In this document: positions 9,620 to 19,764 of the stretch, one piece after another
Layout of the letters: the number at the start of each line of letters is the position of its first letter
How positions within the stretch are numbered: position 1 is the stretch's first letter
NCBI GenBank assembly: GCA_964642015.1
Contig: CAZXLF010000008.1
Span: 18,705 to 82,704 of the forward strand
Source of the DNA: an uncultured Planctomycetia bacterium
GTDB taxonomy: Bacteria > Omnitrophota > Gorgyraeia > 2-02-FULL-51-18
Length of the DNA stretch: 64,000 nt
Direction of reading: 5' to 3'
Program-made: the position numbers and the translations under genes
Notes under the pieces: generated by a model
The model's input: the letters and a program-made list of their open reading frames with translations, nothing else
The model's database searches: none
What the model was told of the DNA's origin: nothing

Positions 9620-11044
9620 TTACTTCTGATCCAGGAACGCCTTCAGTTTGTCCGCTTGCTCGCCGGCATCCTTTACACAATCAGAGATGCCTACACCTCG
9701 ATAACTGGAACCGGTCAAAAACAAACCTTTATGTTCGTTCAAATTATTCTCAATTTGAGACACCAATTCCAAATGATCAAGTTCGTATTGTACCATAGCA
9801 TCCGGGTAACGGCTAAGCGATGAAAAAAGCGGTTTAGCTTGAATACCCAGAAGTTCACGCAACTCACGGCACGCCAGCTCTTCCAGTTCTTTATCTCCCA
9901 CTTGAAATATTTTCTTCCCAAAAACACCGCCTGCGAATACCCGAAAAAGTACTGCATCTTCAGGAGCTCTGTTGTTGAATTTCTGGCTGCTAAAACTGCA
10001 AGCAACGAGCGCACTATTCTCGGTTTTCGGAACAACAAAACCGAAACCATTCAGCGGATGTTTAATGTCCTTTCGATTGAACGCAAAATTGATCGTAGCG
10101 ACCGATTCAAAATTGATCCGATTCAACCGCTCATAAAGCGTCATATCCAGATCCTGTATCATTCGGGCCATCAACTTTGAAGAAACAGTTGAACAAACAG
10201 CATCAAAGGTTAGATCCTCTCCTGATACCGTGCTCAGCTTCCACTGATCGGATGCAGGCATTCTTGTGATCTTTTTTATTCCGCATCGAAGCCGGATGGA
10301 ATTTTGCGGGATCATTTCTGTGATCTTTTTTGTCAAAGTCTCCATACCGTCGCGAAAGGACAAAAACAGGCTGTATCTGGGCCCGCTGGCTTTATCAAAT
10401 CCGCCTTTTTTTTGTTTTGCGTTTGCCAACAAGCCGCGCACAATACTTCCGTATTTTTCCTCCATTTGCCTGAACCTTGGCATTGTGGCAAGAATACTCA
10501 AACGTTCCGGATCGCCGGTGTATATTCCGCCGATCATCGGCTGCCCTACCCGATCCAGACACTCACGGCCGAAACGCCTTCGGATAAAAGAACCTACACT
10601 TTCGTCCCTCCCATTTTGGTGGCGCGGAATAAAGGGTTCGAACATCATTCTCAATTTACCGCCCACAGAAAACAGACCGCTTTTCAAGAAAGCGCCAATG
10701 TCCGTCGGAGCGATCAGGTAAAATCCTTGCGGGACTTCCAGAAGTTTCCGATCTTTTACGATAAAACTTTTTCTATTTTCATCCCGCGTGCCGATAATCT
10801 CAGATTCCAATCCCAATTTTCTGCACAAATCAAGCGCCCAAGGTTTATCGGAGATAAAAGAATCGGGGCCTTTTTCGAGAAGAAACTCTTCCCTCTTCTC
10901 GGACTCGATCGTTCCTCCCAGACGGTTTGCAGCTTCAAAAAGTGTGATCTCGAGAGGTTCCGCAGATCTATTACTCAACTCAAAAAGCCGGTGCACTAGC
11001 GAGAGGCCCGAAATGCCACCGCCGATCACGGCCACGCGCTTCAT
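9620..11044 (-). CDS. hemY: Protoporphyrinogen/coproporphyrinogen oxidase (HemY type)
   Basis: 474 aa. Motifs VIGGGISGL, EKGPDSF, GGIYTGD, GFGFVVP and YRGVGISDC. Adjacent to hemH. Confidence 0.9.
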   Translation of the reverse strand: MKRVAVIGGGISGLSLVHRLFELSNRSAEPLEITLFEAANRLGGTIESEKREEFLLEKGPDSFISDKPWALDLCRKLGLESEIIGTRDENRKSFIVKDRKLLEVPQGFYLIAPTDIGAFLKSGLFSVGGKLRMMFEPFIPRHQNGRDESVGSFIRRRFGRECLDRVGQPMIGGIYTGDPERLSILATMPRFRQMEEKYGSIVRGLLANAKQKKGGFDKASGPRYSLFLSFRDGMETLTKKITEMIPQNSIRLRCGIKKITRMPASDQWKLSTVSGEDLTFDAVCSTVSSKLMARMIQDLDMTLYERLNRINFESVATINFAFNRKDIKHPLNGFGFVVPKTENSALVACSFSSQKFNNRAPEDAVLFRVFAGGVFGKKIFQVGDKELEELACRELRELLGIQAKPLFSSLSRYPDAMVQYELDHLELVSQIENNLNEHKGLFLTGSSYRGVGISDCVKDAGEQADKLKAFLDQK

Positions 11045-11045
11045 G

Positions 11046-12011
11046 TCACACTGATCCCTGGATTTGTTTCGCAGATTTTATGGAACTTCCTAAGAGGTCA
11101 ACGACTTGGCGTCCCAGCATTTCAATAAATTTTGGATGGTCGGCTACTGTGGAAGCTCTACAATATCTCAGCCCGGCCTGCTCGGCCGACTGTTTAGCCT
11201 CAACATCCAGGTCATAAAGTACTTCGACATTGTCACACAAGAATCCGATAGGGATCAGCATAACGTTCAGGAATTTCTTTCGATCGAGAGACCGGATCAC
11301 CTGCTTTACATCCGGTATAAGCCACGGGTCATTGGGATTTCCGCTGCGACTCTGGTAACCGCAATCCCATGAAACAATGCCCAAATTCTTTGCGACCAAC
11401 GAAGACGCTTCTCTAAATTGATCCGCGTATCCGCTCTCTTCCGACATGGTTAACGGGATCGAATGGGCCGAGAATAAAAAAAACGTCTTTTCAAGCTCGT
11501 CATCAGAAAACTTGCCAATGGCAGTTCTGACTTTATCCGACTGAGCAGCGATAAATAAAGGTTCTTTATAAAAATCAGGCATATATTCCACTGCGATCGA
11601 TGAAGCCCCAACTGCATTTTGAGCTTCTTTGAGTTTTTTCACGTACTTCTCAAAACTGGCAAAACAGCGGAATGAAGACAGAACAACCGCAATCACTTTC
11701 TCAGTATGTTTATCCTTTAAATCCTTAAAAGCATCTGCCATAGAAGGCGCCGCATGCCTAAAACCCATCTCTACATTCAAAGCCAAGTTTTGATCTGCAA
11801 ACCACGATTCAAGCGCAGATCTTTGCTTGGCGGTGACGCTATTATATTCAGACTTGCCGTCAAACACTTCATAGTGATGCAGGACCTCATCGAATCTGCT
11901 CGGTGGGATTTTGACGCCTTCCAAAACGCTTTGAAGAAAAGGACGCACTTCGGCCATAGAGGTTGGCCCGCCAAATCCTATCAATAAAACGGCCGTTTTT
12001 TTATTGGACAT
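11046..12011 (-). CDS. hemH: Ferrochelatase
   Basis: 321 aa. Motifs LL..FGGP, FSAHSIP, YQSRSG...PWL.P and PIGFLCDNVEVLYDLD. Confidence 0.93.
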   Translation of the reverse strand: MSNKKTAVLLIGFGGPTSMAEVRPFLQSVLEGVKIPPSRFDEVLHHYEVFDGKSEYNSVTAKQRSALESWFADQNLALNVEMGFRHAAPSMADAFKDLKDKHTEKVIAVVLSSFRCFASFEKYVKKLKEAQNAVGASSIAVEYMPDFYKEPLFIAAQSDKVRTAIGKFSDDELEKTFFLFSAHSIPLTMSEESGYADQFREASSLVAKNLGIVSWDCGYQSRSGNPNDPWLIPDVKQVIRSLDRKKFLNVMLIPIGFLCDNVEVLYDLDVEAKQSAEQAGLRYCRASTVADHPKFIEMLGRQVVDLLGSSIKSAKQIQGSV

Positions 12012-12030
12012 ATTTTATTGGTCAACGATA

Positions 12031-12064
12031 TTCGGTGTGCGGTTTGCGCAAACCGCCAACCGAA
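12031..12064. repeat. Intergenic palindrome: perfect 18-bp GCGGTTTGCGCAAACCGC with outer TTCGGT/ACCGAA arms
   Basis: Read directly: 12039-12056 is a perfect palindrome, and 12031-12036 pairs with 12059-12064. It lies in the gap between hemD/E and hemH. Confidence 0.75.
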
Positions 12065-12070
12065 AACCGC

Positions 12071-14038
12071 TCATCGATTCTGCCTCGTACTCATTTCGTG
12101 GACCATATCCACTAAAGCGATCACGTTTTCGACAGGCGTATCCGGTAAGACGCCATGGCCCAGATTAAAAATATGCCCGGGGCGTCCTTTCACGGAATCA
12201 AGAATAACTTTCACATGTTTTTTGATATCCTTCAAATTTGATAATAATATTGAGGGATCTAAATTGCCTTGGATCGCCTTTTTCTTGCCGATGATCTTCC
12301 ATGCCTTATCCAGACCGATCTGATGGTCAACGCTGATCACATCTCCGCCGGCTAGGCTGAAAGACTTTAAAAATCTGGATGTTCCAGTCCCAAAATGGAT
12401 CACCGGGACACCCTTTTTAACATCTTCTATCAATTTCGATGAATATGGCATCGCGAATTTTCTGTATTCAAACTCCGAAAGATGGCCCGCCCAGCTGTCG
12501 AAAACTTGCACGGCCTGCACGCCGGCTTCGATCTGTTGATTCAGATACTGAGCCGTCGCGATCGAAATCTTTTCCATCAAGGCTTTCCACGCCTTGGGTT
12601 CTTTCAGCATAAATTCTTTCGTTAACTGAAAATCTTTGGATGATCCGCCCTCGATCATATAGGAAGCTAGCGTGAACGGTGCTCCCGCAAACCCAATTAA
12701 CGGTATCGATCCATTCAAAGCGTCCCTGGTTTGCCGGATAGCCTGAAAAACGAACGAAAGCGAATTTCGAACATCCGCCTCAGGCAAATCGCTGACATCA
12801 CTTGCGCTTCGAATGGGCCGCTTGATTGAAGGTCCGTCTCCTTTTAAATATTCCAGTCCTAGTCCAAAACTTTCAGCAAGCAACAGAATATCCGAAAAAA
12901 TGATCGCAGCATCCGCCTTGATCTTTTCCTGCGCAACCACGGTTATTTCCGTCACGAGGTCCTTATCTTTACAAATATCCAAGAACGGTTTCGCATCACG
13001 GATGCGGCGATACTCCTTCATATAGCGCCCCGCCTGGCGCATCAACCAGATCGGCGTGTAGGATGTCTTCTCCAAACAGCTGGCTTTCAGAAAGGCGCTC
13101 TCATGATACGCATGGCCTTCCGGTTTAGTCTCATCTTCAGCGATTAAAGGGATTGGTTTACTGACTTCGGATGTGTACTCCCTAGATCGTTTCATTTCCA
13201 AAATCCCGGAGGCCCTTTGCGACGTTTCCGTAACTAAAGGCCCCATTTTAGGACTTTCGGGCTGAATATCCACCGAAATACCAAAAGATGAGAGCGTTTT
13301 GGTGCAGTCGGGGCCAACTGACGCGATGACCATTTGTTGTAGCGCATTTTTCAATTTTAATTCTACACCTATAAATCGCGCCACTTTCAACAGATGCTCT
13401 GCTTGGACAGCCGTCGTAAAAATAGCTACGTCCATTTTCCCTTCAACGATCTGGCAGACCGCATTTTTTAAAGGGCCAAGATCATCTGGAAGCTCCCAAC
13501 GATACACGGGCACCGGAGTCACGTAAGCTCCTCTGATCTTCAATCCTTCTAACAGCTCATTGTTCCTTGCGCCGTATTCCTGAACGAAAACTTGACGCTC
13601 TTTCAACGGTATTTTTTTTCTGTTCTGATCCAGTATCTGTAAAATTTCACGCCAGGTATTCGGTTCAGGTACTGTCAATGCAAACGGGACAGCCCATTCA
13701 TTCAAAACACGTACAGGCTTGGGTCCACGCGGGACGATCACTGTTCTTTTCAAAGCATCGAGGATCTTCTTACGCGGATATTTTGTCTCTAAAACCGCCA
13801 TTAGCGATCTTGCGCCGACACCCGTCAATAAGATTAAAAGGCCGACTTTTTTCTTAAAAAGTTTGTCCGCGAACGAAAATACGGCCGTATTATTTTCAAG
13901 GGATACTTCCTTCATCGAAGGAGCAGAAAAAGCATTGCCACCCTGTAAGTTAATAAGGTCCGACATCGTCTTCGCAAGACGGCTTTCAAAAAAAACTACG
14001 TTCAGACCTTTTAATTTGGAATCTGTATTCATCGGCAT
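12071..14038 (-). CDS. hemE: Fused uroporphyrinogen-III synthase (HemD) / uroporphyrinogen decarboxylase (HemE)
   Basis: N-terminal ~285 aa are HemD-like (FESR, LTGVG, RGPKP, PVYRW, FTT, SVGP). C-terminal part is HemE (PIWLMRQAGRY, IIFSDIL, GFAGAPFTLASY, QGNLDP, FNLGHG). Confidence 0.9.
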   Translation of the reverse strand: MPMNTDSKLKGLNVVFFESRLAKTMSDLINLQGGNAFSAPSMKEVSLENNTAVFSFADKLFKKKVGLLILLTGVGARSLMAVLETKYPRKKILDALKRTVIVPRGPKPVRVLNEWAVPFALTVPEPNTWREILQILDQNRKKIPLKERQVFVQEYGARNNELLEGLKIRGAYVTPVPVYRWELPDDLGPLKNAVCQIVEGKMDVAIFTTAVQAEHLLKVARFIGVELKLKNALQQMVIASVGPDCTKTLSSFGISVDIQPESPKMGPLVTETSQRASGILEMKRSREYTSEVSKPIPLIAEDETKPEGHAYHESAFLKASCLEKTSYTPIWLMRQAGRYMKEYRRIRDAKPFLDICKDKDLVTEITVVAQEKIKADAAIIFSDILLLAESFGLGLEYLKGDGPSIKRPIRSASDVSDLPEADVRNSLSFVFQAIRQTRDALNGSIPLIGFAGAPFTLASYMIEGGSSKDFQLTKEFMLKEPKAWKALMEKISIATAQYLNQQIEAGVQAVQVFDSWAGHLSEFEYRKFAMPYSSKLIEDVKKGVPVIHFGTGTSRFLKSFSLAGGDVISVDHQIGLDKAWKIIGKKKAIQGNLDPSILLSNLKDIKKHVKVILDSVKGRPGHIFNLGHGVLPDTPVENVIALVDMVHEMSTRQNR

Positions 14039-14041
14039 GGT

Positions 14042-15172
14042 CTATCTGCTTTGATCAACAACTTGCTCATAGATATTTTCGATCTCATTCACCATCCGGT
14101 CGAGAGAACAAAGTTTCACAGCCATCTTTTGACCATTCTCGGCTATGGATCGCGCTTTATCAGGATCCTCGATAATAGATCGGATAGCTTTGACCAAAGC
14201 ATCAGCGCTTTTGGGTTCGACAAGAAAACCGTTCACTTGATCCTGAATGATGGAGTTGATGGCCCAAATATTCGTGCCGACCACCGGTTTTTTAGCGACC
14301 ATCGCTTCGGCGATCGTGAATCCAAAACCTTCCCGAAACGTTGCCGGATGAACAAAAGCATCCATGATTGATAAAATGCCCGTCACATCCGGAATAGCTG
14401 AGAGTATCCTTACCCGATCTTTTAGAGCCAATTTTTCAATAAGTTCCTCCAAATTCTCTTTTTCGCGACCATTTCCCAAGATCAAAAGAAAAATATTCCC
14501 GAATTTACCGCTCAACTTTTTTACCGCTTCTATCAGGTATTCATGGCCTTTATCGCGGACCAACCGCGAAATAGAACCCACGACAAATGCGCTGGCTGGG
14601 ATACCCAATCTATTCCGCTCCACCAAAGGATCTTTTTCCGACATTCTTTTTTGGAACGCATCGACATCGATCGCGTTCTGCACCAAACAAATCCTTTTTT
14701 CATCAACGCCGTGCGTCTTCTTCAATTCATCCGCCACAAGCGGGCTTACCGCGATCACACGCTCTCCCCAGCATCCGAATATTCTTCTGCCTAATCTCGG
14801 CTTGTAAAAACCATGCGCTGTCGTCACAACCGGGATTTTTGTCATTTTTGATATGAAGAAAGCTAATACTTGCATCACGCGCGTATGAGCGTGAAGAAGA
14901 TCGATCTCTTCTTTTCTGACAAGATCGACTATTTTGGGAAGATTAAAATAAAGTTTGGGGCTGAGCTCGGTCTTGGTGCGTAAAGGAAATATAAAAATAT
15001 CAAATCCCTTTTTCTTTAGAACCTCCGCCATGTCTCCACCTGATGATAAGATGCCCACACGATAACCCTTCTGTAGAAGTTTCGTGCCAGTCATATCAAT
15101 ATAACTGGTGATGCCTCCTATGTTAAGGTGTGTAGCTAAATGAAGAACCTTGATGCGCTTATGGGAAGCCAT
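14042..15172 (-). CDS. Glycosyltransferase family 4
   Basis: 376 aa. Motifs GGI, HAH, TAHG, RL...KGH and EGFG..IAEAM. Confidence 0.9.
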   Translation of the reverse strand: MASHKRIKVLHLATHLNIGGITSYIDMTGTKLLQKGYRVGILSSGGDMAEVLKKKGFDIFIFPLRTKTELSPKLYFNLPKIVDLVRKEEIDLLHAHTRVMQVLAFFISKMTKIPVVTTAHGFYKPRLGRRIFGCWGERVIAVSPLVADELKKTHGVDEKRICLVQNAIDVDAFQKRMSEKDPLVERNRLGIPASAFVVGSISRLVRDKGHEYLIEAVKKLSGKFGNIFLLILGNGREKENLEELIEKLALKDRVRILSAIPDVTGILSIMDAFVHPATFREGFGFTIAEAMVAKKPVVGTNIWAINSIIQDQVNGFLVEPKSADALVKAIRSIIEDPDKARSIAENGQKMAVKLCSLDRMVNEIENIYEQVVDQSR

Positions 15173-15187
15173 AAGAAAGATGCTGAC

Positions 15188-16930
15188 TTAATTCTTCAGA
15201 TCCGGTGAATAGGGCGTTTGAATACCGTAGCGTTGGCTTAAAGAATTTATCTCATCAAGTATCTTTGGATTTGAGCCTTCCGTCGTCAGACGGCTAATCA
15301 GATAATAGATCTTGTTGAACGCGTATCCTTTCATGATGTCGGCGTTACCGTGCGGTGCGTCCTTCAGCGAACGTGTGAAGACCAATTCCTTGGTCTTTCC
15401 GTCAACATCGCCCAAAAGCTGCATGGAAAAAGAATCCTCATCGTTGTAAGTTCCATAAAGCGTGAACTCCGCGTTGCGGTAAAAATCGGGCAGGGATTTG
15501 GGAAATACCTCGCTTTCATCCAAATTATTCAGCCGGTACCTTAGATTCAAAAAAAGCGGGTCTCGGATCTTATCATAAAATCCGCCAAGACCTTCATGAA
15601 TCGCTGAAATGCTCTTCACGTATTGAGACCAGGCGCGGTTCTGATAAGAAATAAAATCCAAAAGGTAACGGTTCACTTTCGCGCCTCCGCTGAACGCAAA
15701 AATCGGCCTTGTCTTGTCATTGATGCGCGTCACGGAATTGATAAGTTCTCGCGAGTCCACAACTCCGTAAGTCGGCCGGCCGTCTGAAATCAGGATCACA
15801 TTGGAAGGTGTGCGATTTATGGGAAGCCCGACAATGTTTTGAAAAGCCGCATAAACATCCGTCTGCTGGCTCGCGGTAAGATCCAATACAAAACGTTCGG
15901 CTTTCTTGATATTCTCGGGCGTCGCCTGAACCGACCCCTTAGAAAAGAAATGGGTCTCGTCTTTGAATGAAACGATATTAAAAAGATCATTCTGATTCAA
16001 ATGCTCGAGACAATAACGAATGCCTCTCTGAACTTCTTCCAAGCGGTCTTTACGGATACTCAGCGAGCAATCGATGGTGAAAAGAATCTCTTTCGGCATG
16101 ACATGAAAAACTTTCGCGTCTTTTTTGGCCAAAATATTTATCATATAATATTTTTTGCCGTCCGAAGGATCCTGGTACGTAAAGACCTGTACATCCATAA
16201 AATCATCCAAAGCGCCGTATTTGGCGATGTTCAGCTTCGACTCGCCGACACCTTCATCCAAACCATCGGCAAAGCCTCCGGGGCTGCCGCTGCCTGTTCC
16301 GCCACCTCCGCCGCCGCCGGTGCCGCTGGGCGTGAATCCGGGCATACCCTCTTCAGGATCGATGCCTACATTCTGCGTTGCTTCAATATTTAAACCGGCC
16401 AGAGGTTTCGCGAGGAACTTTAAAAGATTATCCTGATCAAATTTGCGGCTTAATATTTTGGCCACTGAAGCGCCGGCCGTCGATTGCTGTCTGGATTGAA
16501 CTTTATCTTTTAATTGGCGCTCTTGAGTCTTTGTCGCGACCGCTTCAAAATCTCGCGCGTTGGTCAGCGAGGAACCTTCCATTTCGATCTGTCTCGGGAC
16601 CGTCTCCATTGAATTTTGATTCAAAGGCGTCGACCGTCTCACCAGCGAATCCACAGTGACATCTTTTACCGACGCGATGGAGTTAGTCATGCCTTTATTG
16701 ACGAATTGAAGGGACTGCGTATTCCCATGGCGCTCTCCGCCGCCCGGTTTACCGGCTATCGTAGGCAGATTCTCGACGCCTTTCAAGCGGAACTGCCTCG
16801 TCACGTGTTCCTCCGCGGCCGGATTCATTTTGACGTGGATGAACCACAAAGCAATGATCGCAAAAAGGTGCAGAATTAAGGATGAAACGACCGGGAAAAA
16901 CCAGGGATGCCTTCGGATTCTCTCAAACAT
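15188..16930 (-). CDS. Membrane-anchored vWA-domain protein with TonB/TolA-like N-terminal helix
   Basis: TM VVSSLILHLFAII (S-x3-H signature), Gly-rich linker, MIDAS-like IDCSLS, T at QQTD and LISDGRPT. Confidence 0.8.
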   Translation of the reverse strand: MFERIRRHPWFFPVVSSLILHLFAIIALWFIHVKMNPAAEEHVTRQFRLKGVENLPTIAGKPGGGERHGNTQSLQFVNKGMTNSIASVKDVTVDSLVRRSTPLNQNSMETVPRQIEMEGSSLTNARDFEAVATKTQERQLKDKVQSRQQSTAGASVAKILSRKFDQDNLLKFLAKPLAGLNIEATQNVGIDPEEGMPGFTPSGTGGGGGGGTGSGSPGGFADGLDEGVGESKLNIAKYGALDDFMDVQVFTYQDPSDGKKYYMINILAKKDAKVFHVMPKEILFTIDCSLSIRKDRLEEVQRGIRYCLEHLNQNDLFNIVSFKDETHFFSKGSVQATPENIKKAERFVLDLTASQQTDVYAAFQNIVGLPINRTPSNVILISDGRPTYGVVDSRELINSVTRINDKTRPIFAFSGGAKVNRYLLDFISYQNRAWSQYVKSISAIHEGLGGFYDKIRDPLFLNLRYRLNNLDESEVFPKSLPDFYRNAEFTLYGTYNDEDSFSMQLLGDVDGKTKELVFTRSLKDAPHGNADIMKGYAFNKIYYLISRLTTEGSNPKILDEINSLSQRYGIQTPYSPDLKN

Positions 16931-16938
16931 GATTTCCT

Positions 16939-19374
16939 TTAATAGTTTTCTTTGTCAGGTATCTTCTCAGCCCACTCGCTTTTCGGATAATGCGCCTTCA
17001 ACTCCGAAAACGCTTTGTGCGCATCGTCAAATTTATTCAGCTGCGTAAAACACTCTCCCGCCTTGTAAAGCGCAAGCGGCGTATATTTTTCATCATCATA
17101 AAGGATCGCGACCATCATGAACGCCTTCGCGGCTTCGGGAATATTTCCGGCCTTGAGACGCAGGTTCGCGATCTCAAACCGCGCACGCATCGTGACCTTC
17201 ACTTCAGAATCATAGCGCAGCGCTTCTGCAAAATATTTTTCGGCGTCGGCATCTTTATTCATTACGGCCGAGGCAATACCCAAACCTAAATTCGCATGAG
17301 GTACATACGCTCCATTGGATTTTATTTTGATCGATTGGGCATAAAAATCGATCGCCTTCACGTAATCTTTCATGCCCATCGCGCTTTCGCCTTGAAAAAA
17401 AGCGATCTCATGGCTCAGGTCCTGGCCGGGAATGCGGTTAGGCAAAAGCTCAAGAATCTTGGACAGCTTCGCATAGTCGCTATGATCCAATAGATACTGC
17501 ATCAGCCAAAAAACTCCGTCCGTGTCCACTTTAACATTCGGTTTATTGAAAATGAGATCTTCGTAGAATTTTCTGGCACGCTCGAAGTCATTGGCCTGGA
17601 TGTAAATAAAACCCAATCGCGAGACAGCTTCCGCAGCCAGCGGACTATCCGGGTAATCGTGACAAAATTTTTCATAAAGAAACGCTGCGTGTTTTGTATC
17701 ACCCTGATTTTCTATGCTTGCCGCTTTTCCATATAAGGATTCCGCATATACTTTAGACATCGGATAATGGTGGATCACATACTGAAACGCATCGGCTGCC
17801 TGTTTGTATTTTTGAAGACCTGTCAAAGCGACACCCAATTTGTAATAAGCAATATCCAGCAGCGGATCCTGCGAATGTTCCTTGATCAAAAGCAGAGCTG
17901 TTTCAACCGCCTTTGCAAAATTTCCCGCATCAAGGTCCAATTGGATCATTTGAAAATAAGCTTTGGGAACCTGCTCGTCTTCACGAAAAAGAGCGACAGC
18001 TTGTTCTAAACTCTGTCTGGCTTTCACGGGATCGCCGGCCTTCGCGTATACATCTCCCAATTCATATAACGCGGCTTTATAATAATCACCTGAATTTTTC
18101 TGAGGCACTGCTTCAAAAGCCGCCGCCGCGCCGGAATAATCGCCGATGTCCTTGAGCAATTCTCCTTTTTCGTAATAAACCATGGCTGGATTCGTCGGAT
18201 CTTGGGTTAAAAGGTCCTGAATGACCTGGAACGCCTCCTCTTTTTTGCCGGATAGCGCCAATGTTTTGGCTTTTTTGAAAATGGCCTTTTCTTTCGTCGC
18301 TTTGTCAGTTTGCGGGTCTGCGATCAATTCGTCAAAACCGCTCGACGCCGCGGCGTAATCTTTTTTATCAAGCACGATGCTTGTGATCAAAAACTTCACT
18401 TCCGACATATGCCCGGTCTTTTGAATAAAATCTTTCTCGGCATCGAGACGTTTCTTCGCGGTATCCAGATCGTGCAGCTGATAGTCACAGTAAAAAAGAT
18501 TCATCAGTGCCTTCTCATGGGTTGCGTTTATTTTCTTCTGCGCATCGGTCGTCTCTTCGCTTTCAGCAGGATGAAGCGCTAGAAGTTTCTCATAATCATC
18601 TTTTGCCTTTGTATATTCCTTATTATAGAAATGGACCTCGGCGATCTTGAATCTTGCGTCCCTGGCTATCTCGGCCGGCATATTACGGTCTGCGGCGATC
18701 TGGTAAGCGGTGACCGCACTGTCAAATTTCTTCTCCTTCAGATAATAATCCCCAAGTTCTATAGAGGCATAAGTCGCGAACTCATTCTGAGGATATTCTT
18801 TCAAAAGCTTTTGGTATATCTCTACGCTTTTCTCGGAATTCTTCTTGCCCTCATAGGATTTGCCCATATAAAAAAGAGCGCCTCCGCGGATCGTCGGATC
18901 CGTGGCATCCTTAGCGATCTTCTGAAAGATCTTAACAGCCGGAGCAGTCTGCTTTAGGTAATAATGAGCGGTGGCGACCCTAAACCAAGCGATGGAAACA
19001 CGGTTATCATTGGGAAAATTTTTGATAAAGGCCTGAAATTTATCGATCGCTTCGGGATAATTCTTGCTGAAAAAATAGGAGTCCGCTAAACGAAAATGAG
19101 CGGATGAAGCTTCAGAGGATCCGGGATTGGACTGGATGAATTTCTCATACTCACTGATCGCCGGCGCGTACATCTTTCTAACATAGAGTCCGTTGGCAAA
19201 ATCAAGCGAAGTCGAACTGTCATTCGCGGGCGATGCGTTGGCCTGGGGCTCCGCCGCAGACAACTGGGAAATAAAAAAAACTCCCAGAAAGAAGATAAGG
19301 CTGAAAGATTTGATCGGGATCAGCCTTCTCTGGTTGTGGCGAAAGAAATATTCCATATTTTGGATTTTGCGCAA
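16939..19374 (-). CDS. Large exported tetratricopeptide-repeat protein (CpoB/BamD-like repeats)
   Basis: Signal-like FSLIFFLGVFFISQLSAA followed by many TPR units (A.Y.LG...A...F...YP.S). True start is uncertain because it overlaps exbD. Confidence 0.85.
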   Translation of the reverse strand: MRKIQNMEYFFRHNQRRLIPIKSFSLIFFLGVFFISQLSAAEPQANASPANDSSTSLDFANGLYVRKMYAPAISEYEKFIQSNPGSSEASSAHFRLADSYFFSKNYPEAIDKFQAFIKNFPNDNRVSIAWFRVATAHYYLKQTAPAVKIFQKIAKDATDPTIRGGALFYMGKSYEGKKNSEKSVEIYQKLLKEYPQNEFATYASIELGDYYLKEKKFDSAVTAYQIAADRNMPAEIARDARFKIAEVHFYNKEYTKAKDDYEKLLALHPAESEETTDAQKKINATHEKALMNLFYCDYQLHDLDTAKKRLDAEKDFIQKTGHMSEVKFLITSIVLDKKDYAAASSGFDELIADPQTDKATKEKAIFKKAKTLALSGKKEEAFQVIQDLLTQDPTNPAMVYYEKGELLKDIGDYSGAAAAFEAVPQKNSGDYYKAALYELGDVYAKAGDPVKARQSLEQAVALFREDEQVPKAYFQMIQLDLDAGNFAKAVETALLLIKEHSQDPLLDIAYYKLGVALTGLQKYKQAADAFQYVIHHYPMSKVYAESLYGKAASIENQGDTKHAAFLYEKFCHDYPDSPLAAEAVSRLGFIYIQANDFERARKFYEDLIFNKPNVKVDTDGVFWLMQYLLDHSDYAKLSKILELLPNRIPGQDLSHEIAFFQGESAMGMKDYVKAIDFYAQSIKIKSNGAYVPHANLGLGIASAVMNKDADAEKYFAEALRYDSEVKVTMRARFEIANLRLKAGNIPEAAKAFMMVAILYDDEKYTPLALYKAGECFTQLNKFDDAHKAFSELKAHYPKSEWAEKIPDKENY

Positions 19375-19739
19375 GCGTCGAGAATGCGGACAACATGCTC
19401 ATGATAAGTTTTTTGGTCAGCTCTCAATACCACCGCCTGGCTCGGATAAAGCTCGGCTGTTTTCTTGAGCAGACTGCTCAATTGCTCCACACTGACCCTC
19501 TTTCGGTTCACGACCACAGTGCCATCCTTCAAGATATTGATCACGATCTCTTCGGGAGAGATCTTTGCTTCCGCGCTTGTTTGCGCCTGAGGCACGGCAA
19601 TGTTGAGTTCGGATTCAAAATTAAAATGCAGGAAGAGCGCCATGAAAAATGACAAGTTGATGAACAAAATATCGATCAAAGATGTCATCTGGATCACTGG
19701 GAGCGGTTTTACATATTCATTCTGTTTGAAACTGATCAT
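19320..19739 (-). CDS. exbD: ExbD/TolR family protein
   Basis: MTSLIDILFINL.FFM (conserved TM Asp) and VLRADQKT. Confidence 0.9.
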   Translation of the reverse strand: MISFKQNEYVKPLPVIQMTSLIDILFINLSFFMALFLHFNFESELNIAVPQAQTSAEAKISPEEIVINILKDGTVVVNRKRVSVEQLSSLLKKTAELYPSQAVVLRADQKTYHEHVVRILDACAKSKIWNISFATTREG

Positions 19740-19764
19740 CGGGGTCTCTCCGCGCTCGAAAAAG

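Noticed and set aside
10304-10999. 231-aa plus-strand ORF
   Set aside because: Antisense to hemY, with no protein-like features.
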